Source: Chrysomallon squamiferum (lineage: Eukaryota; Animalia; Mollusca). From it: DNA of 64,000 nucleotides. The number at the start of each line of letters is the position of its first letter. The stretch's first letter is position 1. Below the pieces are notes generated by a model. It saw nothing but the letters and a program-made list of their open reading frames with translations. It was not told the DNA's origin and searched no databases. The stretch spans positions 3,906,001-3,970,000 of the forward strand of contig CM022668.1 of NCBI GenBank assembly GCA_012295275.1, in the 5' to 3' direction. The position numbers were made by a program, and so were the translations under genes. Of the stretch, positions 53,706 through 64,000 are shown in pieces.

Positions 53706-56700
53706 AAATGGTGAGAGTATCTTTAAATAGAAATGAATGTTAAAAGTCTCTTACTTCAACATAAAAATAACCCATTGAAAAACAACAGGTCTAATTTGGA
53801 GACTAATTAAGCGTTCAGATAGTATTATTTATTACTAGCAGTTATTGTAGTGCAGGTATGGAAACATTTGTCTGGCAAGCTTGTAACTGGAATTTACAAG
53901 ATGCAGGTTAAATGCTTATTTAAAATGTAAAATAACAACTGAAAATAAAGAATGCAGCTGAATACATCCTTATTAATTCACAGAAAATTCTTAAAACACA
54001 CAAAGTCCATGCACTTTTCATTAGCTATTTGTGTTTCTGCTGTGCTTGTCTTTTAGATATAATACATGAAAATGAGATTAATAACCTATATGACAGTATC
54101 ACCAGCAACATTCTCACTTGTACTGACTTCATGAAAACCAAAACAAAGCACACCTAATTCAAAATAGCCAGTTACAGAATTAAAAAATAGTTCTCCTTTT
54201 TTTTGTTGTCGATTTTCTTGATTTCTGGAGACTGGATAAATGGGTCAGTACCTGCAGTGGTATGTAGCATTTTAAACAATTAAAAACATGCTAAATATTG
54301 TGTTATTTTGTTTTTGATCTTTCTTTTTACAGTGGTATTGCAGATTCAGACAACTGGTTAATTAGAAAATGTGAACACAATCAAAGTAGTCCGTGAGTGT
54401 GAATCTGACAAATGTTTTTTTACAAGTAAGAACACTGTATGTTTTATATTTTAGGGTGAACCTGACAGAAAAGAACAGCAAGATGGAATAAATGAATGAA
54501 GAAAGAAGTTGATAGAACAGATAACGAGCAATGAAATAGAAAAATTTCACAAAATGTTTTAGTTTTTAAAATTAAAAGTGGGATTGATGAAGCAAATTGG
54601 GCAAAATGTGTATTTTAAAATGAATGTTTTGTTCTTAACATTTTAGTTTATTTTTGTAAAATGTTTAATCAGGGATTTCATGTTTTTGTAATTTGTTAGG
54701 GATAATATTACTATGATATGTCATTCAGAACATTCCACTTGTGAGTCATTCAATAACTCAGCTCTGAAGCAAAAAAACTTGATGAACTGTAAAAAAAACA
54801 TCACTTTGACTCATTAACTCAATTATCTGCATATCAAAACAATTAATTTTGTTATTCCACACACATTCATGACATTTCTTTAACTGAACAGTTCATTTAC
54901 CAGCCACCTCAGTCCTTAGATAGCTTACTCACATTACACATTAAATTAACACACTTGTATGTGTCATCATGATATTTTTACTTTAAAATAACAGAACATT
55001 TTTTGCTGTGAACTTTTTATTATTATACACAATGCACATACATTATAAACTGTACCAAGATATATATTCAAGCTAGAAATTAAGCGTGTTACTGATGTGT
55101 TTTTGTATTGACAAAGTTTTAATGGCAGGCACAACACTTATCACTAAAACTAGAATGACAAAAACATGTTTTAACCATCAGAAGACAAGGGAACAAAATG
55201 GTACACATTATCTGACACAATTGTAATGTTTGTTTGTTTTCAGTGACTATTCACTGGATTAAATTCATTTCAAAATCAAATTATTTATAATGCTGTCATT
55301 TGCTGATTTAATGCAGTTGTGAGTTTTAGCAATAGTTTGAGAATAGCATATTAACATCTTTAATAAAACTTATATCTGCAAAAATCCTTTACTGCTGAAA
55401 ACTTTAAACATTGTCCAATAGAAAAGTGTACATTTTCATTATCTTGTATATGTAATCTTTACATCTGTTTACTATTTTTTTTCATCTCCCAGAAAAGTGT
55501 AAAAGCAGATGTAGTTTTTTAAAGACCCACACAATGTGTTAATTTAAAGATCAACACATATTGAAGTTATTTTGATTTGTATATTAGGGTGTTTATGTAG
55601 TGGTGACTGTTTTTACATTTGTTATTGTGTATTTATATGTGGTTGAGACATATTTTACCTTTTTATGTTATTTATTCTTTACATTTTACTATAGAAAATT
55701 GTCTGGATGACAGTAGACATTTTTATTACTGACGTGGGATTTTTATTTTTTTTTCCTTATCATTATTGTTAAGATTCCGTAAAAAAAAAAATTTTGTACT
55801 GGAAAATACAAAACATCGAAACGTGTTTGGTTTAACTTTCATATTTTACTTTGAAAAATGTTCATTTTGTTTGTTTATTTATTTGGTAGTTGATTCATTT
55901 AGTTCATACCACATATCACCTGATCAAAGGAAATCCAAACAGTCTTGAGATTAAATTTACAAGAACATGTACTTTCTTTTTAACATTTTAAAAAATTTAT
56001 ATAATATAAATATGTTTTAAGAATTTGTCTACTTTCTCAGTACACAGATTTCCACTGATACTTTGCAGCTGATCTTCAAATGATATATCAATTTTGATGC
56101 TGGTTTTTAGCATTAATAAATTTCCATGATTTAACAACCACAATGGCAGTTTTTTTACCATTGCAGTAAACAAGAAGTTAAGAAAGAAATCCAATGTTAG
56201 TGTTTCTTTATTCATTTTACTCAGAGTGATGTGTTTTCATATAGCTAAATGTTTCAATAATTGTTGTTTCTTCTTCATTCCATTAGTTAATTATTATTTC
56301 TATGAAGAACATGACAAATGTGTATTAACACTTATAGCAATGTTTAATTATATTGTAGAAAAAGTATGATGTTCACTGGTTTTGAAACACAACCTTTCTT
56401 AAAAACAAAGTATAATAGTAATTGTGTTTTCTTACTTTGTGTTTTTATCATGTGATGTATTTAAAAACCCAATCAGACTGTTCTAGTGATCTGTTTTTGT
56501 TTGCCGTTGTTGTATTTTTGTTTTACAGGTAAAACATTATTTTATCATATTTGTTAGCAAGGACTCATCATTTTTTTTTTAAATACGCAGTTATGTGAAG
56601 AAGTATGTAAAATGAAAATGCTTTTTGTTCACATCACCCCAAATTCACTTAAATGATTTGCCATGTTTCATAAACTGTGTAAAATGTATATAACTGTTAT

Positions 56701-57744
56701 TGCAAGACCAGATTTGAGAAAAATACCAGTGTAAAAGATTTATATCTGTAGTGTTTCATTTTATTATTTAAGTATTCTATTTTTTTTAGGTCGTTTACAA
56801 ATTTGTTTTGTTAGATGTTACATGTGATAAAACTGTTTTATGCAAAATGCTTCCACTACAGTTTCGTAATAAATATAACATCATTTGTTATTTATATTCA
56901 ATCTGTAATTTTATTTATAGATCATGTCAGAATCAATACATTAATATTCTCTCAGCATACAACTGTCAACAATGTAGATTTTTCTTGTTTGATATGGTGT
57001 AATTATGTGACTAAATTTTAAGAAAGGACTACACTATTTACAGTGAATTATCAGTACTGTAAAAACATGTAACATATTTAGAAACAAGAAATAAATGCTG
57101 TTTACAAATGAGCTAACAAATATTTCACGGTGTTCAGTAATGTTTATTTTGACAGGTTGTATTATGCATAGTTCTTTTCTTGGTGACATATGTTTATTTT
57201 GGCTAATATTATTTTGATTAAACTTAGAATAAAAACTGACAATTTAAAAGAAATATGAAATCGGATCTCATCTTATGACATGAATAACAAAAGAAAACTT
57301 AGGTTTTCAGTTGTGTATTTTTTATATTTACATATGATGTAATGTTTATAAAAGTATTTAAATTGTGCATTAATGTGTTCTGATTTAAATAAATACAATC
57401 CATCATTTAAAGGGGCTACAGACTTTTGATATGTTGATCAGGTATTTTTCTGGTATTATATATTTTTTTGGATTGGATATATTTGTATATATTTTTATGA
57501 GAGGGATCTAAAAAAAAAAAAAAAATAAAAAAAAAGGTTTGTTTTGGACTGTTCTTTTTAAAAACAATTGTTTTGCACTGCAAAATGTGGGGAAATAAAA
57601 ATATTTTTAACAAACTTTTTGTTTTTGTTCTGTTTTGTATTTCAGTGATTTTCAGGTAAGCACAGTTAGATCCTATAACCAATAATGGCTTGGCAATGTA
57701 CACTGATACAAAAATGCACAATTTGTAGGATGGATATAATTATT

Positions 57745-60700
57745 TTATTTTCCAATACAGAAGTCACTAAAAATGACATTCAAAATGTCTTCTGAAGAAA
57801 CTTTACCAATAACTTTGCCAATTTCTCTAACAGCTTTTCTGAGTTGTTGACTAGCTATGACGATGTCTGAGTCGAGCAGAGCTGGTAAGACTGCAGATGT
57901 CTGACACAGTGAGTGAGATGTGAGCGATGACGTGTCTGTGTGAGGTTTACATCACCTGTCAGAGGATCCCAACACCTGCAAATGTAAATTGTCATAAATG
58001 TTTCAGTGTATATTTTCACCTGATTGTTTTTATTTGTTACTGACAACAGAAGAAAGTTAGATACTGTAATTTTCAAACCAGAAAAAATTCACTGGTTTAA
58101 TCAGTTTTGAAAGGAGCTAAAATAAATGGAAGAAAATAACACTTACATTTGTTTAACTTTTTCTGTCAGTACATCTACAAACTGTGGAATTCCTTGCTGA
58201 GTGATACAAGAAACCCACATCACTTCAAATCCGTTTGTTCTTTCTTCAGTCTCTCTGAAGTCTTTAAGAAGATCACATTTGTTGAACACTATAATAATGT
58301 CATCAGCTTTGAGGGAAATCTTATCAGCCTCATTTCCTGTTTCACTGTTTTGTATATCTGCTGATTTGTCCAAATTCTGAAATGGATAGCTGACTTGTTT
58401 AAAACAGTTCTCATGCTTTGAATGTGATCTTCTGTTGGCTGGTAAAATAGGTTTTTTCTGAATATCATCTATATGATGTGGAGGATACATATTATGATTT
58501 TTGTCTAATAATTTTTTATTTTGGTTTTCACTTTTCTCTGTATCTGTGGCAGCAACAACTGTATTCTGTTCATCAATCAACTCAACCAAAAATCCAAGTT
58601 CTGACAAATGGCTGATAACAAGTTCTTGTAAATCAGATTTCTTGTTTTCATGTTTAGTCAAAATGGCTGGAGCATCCAACATAATAACTTTAATATCAGA
58701 ATTTAATGCTCTGAAAAATAGATAATACAGTTTATAGAAAATGTATTTAAGATTATGTTGCATTTATGATAAAGTTTTTATTGCATTCTTTCTTTCTGCC
58801 ACTTTCAATATCTTAACTGAAGCTGGCAAGTTTGACTCATGTATATTATTGCTGTTGTTTCTCTGTAGAATAAGTGTTCTTAATTATATTTTAACTTATT
58901 TTTATTTTTTGTTAAAAATTAAAAATTAGAGGCCGTTTATTTAGATTGAGAGAATTAATTGTAATGAAAAATAGAAAGAGGATCAGTCTGACTGACCTTG
59001 ACATTGCACGTTTAATTCCCTCCCTTTCCACATCACCCTCTGCCTCTCGCAGGCCTGCTGTGTCGCTGATCAGAACGGGAAACCCTGCTAAATTGATTGC
59101 TGTTTCAATAACATCTCGAGTTGTTCCTGCTGTGGGTGACACAATGGCTGCAGGTCGCTGGCCTGAACAAATAACAATTGTTAACTTAATTTGCTCTATT
59201 CATTTAGATGCTTATAGCCCTTACAGAATTCTTCAGAATTAATCACAACATCAGTGAAATATTTAAAGTTTACTACATGATGAACATATTAACAGCATGA
59301 AACATTTTTATTTAAATAAATGACTACAAAAGAAACAATGACAAATACTTATGTACTAAAAGTTAGACTTATTTAGACTATTATCACTTATTTTGTACAT
59401 ACTGAAACATAACTTTGAGACAGACAGACACTCACACAGACGGTTTAGAAGACTGCTTTTGCCAACATTGGGAGGACCAATAATGACAACATGGATGCCA
59501 CTTCTCAGCCTCTCTCCACGTCGGCCGTCACCCAGGTGAGCAGAGATTTCTGACAGCAGGTTTTTTATTTCAACTTCAACTGAAACACAAAGAGTAAAGT
59601 GTAGAAACATTCACAGAGTTTAATATGTGGTGGCAATTAAGCTAATACAACAATGATTCACTGAATATAGATCTACTTTAATTTACTTGTTAGAAACTCA
59701 TTTTTATCAAACTTGTGAGTTGGAATTTAATTAGATATTTTACACTTGTGATACTGATTGCAAGCATAAAAGTATTAAAAGTATTAAACATCTGTTGAAA
59801 ACTGCAATCAGTTAACACATTTTAAAAATGAAACTGTTACTTCTGAGTTTATTTCAACTGATGTTAACTTTGTGTGTGAATAGTTGATAGAAGAAACCCA
59901 CAGTAATGAATTTCATAGAAAAATGTTAAATACAATATTATTGTTTTAATTAATATACAAATGTATTAGAAACTTTAAATAAAAATGATCACATTATTAA
60001 TTCAGGAGATGTTTTACACACACACACATATGCAGGTTGTAGTATATTATAATTTTTTTATTTTACCATGATCTAAAACATCATCTTCAATATTTTCTTC
60101 TTCATGGAAATCAATAAAAGCTTCAACATTAGCTAAACACTGAAAATTAAAACAATAATTATTTCCTCAGAAAATATTTCTGTTTTTAGAAACATTGTTT
60201 TAAATAATAAATTATTTAATATTCTGATTGAATACATATTGAAAGTTTTTATTTAATTGTTATACCTTTTATGTTTCCAGCAGTTCAACTCAGAGCAAAT
60301 GAGTAAAAAGAAGTATTTCAGTAAGAAAGTCAATATTTCAGTTAAAATCTAACTTTTACTTTCTTCCATATTTTGTCTTTTCAAAAAGCTCAGCGAGCTG
60401 AAAATATATTCCCTTTAATTTGGAAATAGTGCTTTTTTCAAAAAAATTAAAGTAACAGATGCAAATTCTAGGTTTCAGATCTTCATTATTTAAAACAGAC
60501 AGTCAGTATCACCTTTATCAGCCTGTGTCTCCAGTCTGTGTAGAGTTTGCTTAGTTCACCAGAGAGCTGTCGAAGAGCTTGTTTTCTCTGTGCCTCTGTC
60601 TCAGCGTTCACCAGATCTGCCAACCCTTCAACCTCAGTCAGGTCCAGCTTTCCATTGATAAATGCCCTGAAAACAGAAAATTATTATCAAAAATGTTAGT

Positions 60701-61426
60701 GGTAAATGTATTTATATTTCTGTGATGTAATAATCAAAATATTTTTCATTTATTCACAATTTCGGAGATCACTTGATGATTCTTATGAAAGATTTGTAGA
60801 ACTGATGCTGTTACATGTGCATATTTGTGTTTGTGAAAATGTACTGTCTATTTTCATGTTTTTGTTGCTTTTGTTTTTTTTTCTCACTAATATATAATTA
60901 TGCTTTGGTTAATTCATCTTTTTAAATTTGTTTATTAATCATTATTATTATTACATTGGAGCATCTAATATTTTATTGTTTATATTAGTATTCAAATAAT
61001 AAATTAACGTCTATGGATAACCTACAGCTACAATGAAAAAACAATCTTACTTAGTGTTTAAACAAACAGTCTGTCAAGACATCCTGAATTATCTACCTTT
61101 TGTGAACTCTCCAGCTTCAGCATGTCTCAGACCTGGCAGTTTACCTAGCGCTGTCAACAATGCAGTAACAACAGCAATGCCCCCATGAATATGGAGCTCT
61201 GCTGTATCCTCCCCTGTAAAACTTCGCGGACCTGGCACAAAACATAACTAGATACTGTTCCAATAAATTAATTTTATATTTAAAGAAAAAGTGTTGAGGA
61301 TGGCATTTAATATTAAAGATACAAGTAACAGCAGTAAAAGAGGTTTGCATTGTATCTAGATCTATTAATACTGTTCTATTTTAATAGTAGTTTAACAGCT
61401 ATGCATGTGTGTGTGTGTGGGGGGGT

Positions 61427-61457
<31 letters not shown>

Positions 61458-61854
61458 AGCAATAATTATTATTTTGCACCATGCATTAACATATTATAAT
61501 AATTATTTAAGTAATTACATGAAATGTCAAAATAATTCTGACAGTACCTGGAAACCACAAAACTAGTCCCCTGTCTATAGGTTCCTGTGTGTTTGGATCA
61601 ACAATATTTCTGATGGTTGCTTGCTGTGGAGGAGGTAACTTATTTACAGCACTCAGTCGCAGGATTGCATCACGTGCTGATGGTCCTGATACTCTGATAA
61701 CGGCAACACCAGCTTTACCATGACCTGATGACAATGCAAAAATTGTGTCCTCTCTGCATACAACTTTACTTGAGATATATTTCAGATGGATACTCCTGCT
61801 AAATGTCTTTTTCAGAAAGTTTGATGAAAACCGAGAAAAACATACTGCTGTCAT
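57745..61854 (-). CDS. GTPBP3: Mitochondrial tRNA modification GTPase GTPBP3/MnmE, 8 coding exons; two apparent 1-nt deletions in this sequence
   Basis: Exons 61854-61548, 61231-61097, 60666-60513, 60139-60067, 59579-59436, 59162-58997, 58710-58147, 57975-57745. Motifs [51 protein letters not shown] and terminal FCIGK*. Total is 1774 nt, 2 nt short of an intact frame. Confidence 0.92.
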
Positions 61855-62339
61855 GTTGCTGAAAGACGAAAACAGAAAGAATATATATTTCTAATGAACT
61901 GTTACGTAATTTTTTTTTACATATTTTGGTGTATTTTTATGTTTCATGTGGACTATATTATTATATATATTAACTTTCTACTTTAATTTTACATTCATTC
62001 TTTAATTCTTTCTTTATATATATTTTTTTCTCTCTATCTATCATATATACACATACAAAAACATAAGAAATACGTACATAAGTACACACAATATGACACT
62101 CGAGACCTGACTATGCAGTATACTGTACAATATTGAGTATACTAAAATTCGTGATTTTCATAATTTATTTTAACTTGAATTCTATTTCCAAAATTGAAAA
62201 AAATAAAAATATGTATCAATAGAAAGGTGTTATTCAGTGTAATATATACCACAGTATACTCAAGGTTATATCGATGAGGTGTTTTAACTCTCCCAAACAC
62301 GAATCAGGGAAAATAAACAATAAAACGTGCTAAAAGAAA

Positions 62340-62452
62340 ACTCCTTAAACTTCGGGCATCCCCTTCCAATACGTCACCGGAAGTGAGGAAATCCAGTATT
62401 ATTGTGAAGATGTTCGATCGCAGTGAAACATTATATTAAATAGTCACTGAGA
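62340..62452. promoter_or_regulatory. Bidirectional promoter for GTPBP3 and the TPR gene
   Basis: Half-CRE ACGTCA abutting ETS consensus ACCGGAAGTG (62371-62385) in a CpG patch between head-to-head genes. Confidence 0.6.
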
Positions 62453-63618
62453 ATGGCAAAAGCGAAGGTAAGTCAGATAGTAGGCTATAACACTTTGCTG
62501 TGATATAATGATACTATCGTAAACAAAATAAATCCTACCCGAAATTGAGATTTAATGTTTTGTTTTTACGATTTGCTTTAGTAAGTTAGTAACTGAATAA
62601 GATTAATCATTAAGAAAGACCCCATTACATGATGATTACTCATTAGACCGTTCTTAATAATATGGTTTATTGTTACACATTGTTTATGTTCATCACGCAT
62701 CCGTCAGTATAATTTTTGTTTTGTATGCATATTTATTTCTTTAATGTGTTAGCAGTGTGTAGATTTATTTTCCTGTTGATTAAAATCACACTTTAACTTT
62801 AGCATTTAAATATACACTTAATTGTATAATATGAAACATTTATTTATTTAGGCAGAAGAGTTGAAGGAACTGGGTAATGTGGCTATACAAAAGGGGAATG
62901 TTCTAGAAGCTATGATTCACTATACTCATGCTATCAAGTATGATCCACAGAATCATCTGCTGTACAGTAACCGGTCTCTGGCTTTCCTCAAGTCACAGCA
63001 GTATTATTTTGCTATGGACGACGCCTGCAAAACTATAAAACTGAAACCCAGCTGGCCAAAAGTATATTTATAATGCACCACATACTTTGATGCTGTTGCA
63101 TGCCAGTGGATATTGAGATATAGCCATTTTTATCAGTATTCACTTTAGACTAAGATACTGGTCATATCCAGTTGATGTGTACTTATAATGTCACATTATG
63201 TATTAGTAACAGTTTTACTGTTATCCATTCTTTTTATGTACCACTATTTAACATTTTCCCCCTACCTACTATCAACCAGTGTATAATTATGTTTGTTAAA
63301 TACTTCTCTTAAGTTGTGAATCAAACTTTTCATAACATCTGTCCATGGAGTTATTCTTTTCATTTAATATGATTCTGCTATTTGTTTAATTCAAATTATT
63401 GTTATTTTGTTTCTCTTGTGTTGTATTATTATTTATTATTTTAGTTATTTATTTTTATAATTTTTTCCCCCCACTTTTCACAGGGATTTTACAGGAAAGG
63501 AGAAGTGGAATATGAGGTTGGAAGATACACAGATGCTCTAAAATCTTATCAGGTAAAAATTCAATTAAAAAAAAAAGTCCAGTCTGATGAAATATAAATT
63601 ATATTTAAATATACATAC

Positions 63619-63662
<44 letters not shown>

Positions 63663-63928
63663 TTATACACATACACATATACAAATACAAATACAAACAC
63701 AAACATGCACATAATGTATTTATATACATATTTAAAATATGGTATAAAGTATATAACATACAAATTTAGAGCACATTTTGATGATTAATATCTTTTTAAT
63801 ATTATTACAGATCTTTATTAAATAAAGTTGTTATGTTTTGCAGAAAGCGATGGATTTAGATCCAAATGATTCAAAAGTCAAAGATGCCATTGACAAGGCC
63901 AACAGAGAAATTGAGAAGGAGAAGAAAA
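62453..63928 (+). CDS. STI1/Hop-like TPR (carboxylate-clamp type) protein, 5' part; continues beyond the window
   Basis: Exons 62453-62467, 62852-63061, 63484-63552, 63844-63928 give MAKAKAEELKELGN...YTHAIKYDPQNHLLYSNRSLAFLK...WPKGFYRKGEVE... Confidence 0.85.
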
Positions 63929-64000
63929 GTAATAATAATTTAAATCAAATTTCATTTGTTTCATTTCTGTATTTTATTGTTGATATAACTAATATATTAT

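Noticed and set aside
54330-57740. Short ORFs between the GOLM-like gene and GTPBP3
   Set aside because: AT-rich, Phe/Ile/Lys-biased chance ORFs, most likely long 3' UTR sequence.

Overview
AT-rich, intron-rich animal genomic DNA, probably a mollusc or other lophotrochozoan (inferred from gene content and the MAAPM start). All gene models below were spliced by hand from GT-AG sites and reading frames. Recognisable genes are GKAP1 (+), a YPPPGQ-repeat membrane-anchored protein (+), UBAP1 (+), a CCCH/RWD-like/CHY zinc-finger protein (-), an intronless mitochondrial EF-Tu with EF-Tu2-type substitutions (+), a GOLM1/GOLM2-like protein (+), GTPBP3/MnmE (-, with two apparent 1-nt frameshifts) and the start of an STI1-like TPR gene (+). 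The best new signal is a 4-exon, 82-aa gene at 15721-17171 (-) that the ORF track shows only one fragment of. It encodes only a UMA domain, has the same intron positions and phases as the neighbouring UBAP1, lacks the ubiquitin-binding SOUBA region, and lies just downstream of a probable solo LTR. The 18.7-26.4 kb interval also holds a possible microexon gene divergent from UBAP1, a signal-peptide-like exon, an inverted-repeat-bounded element and several minisatellites. Most short ORFs in the track are artefacts of low-complexity sequence.
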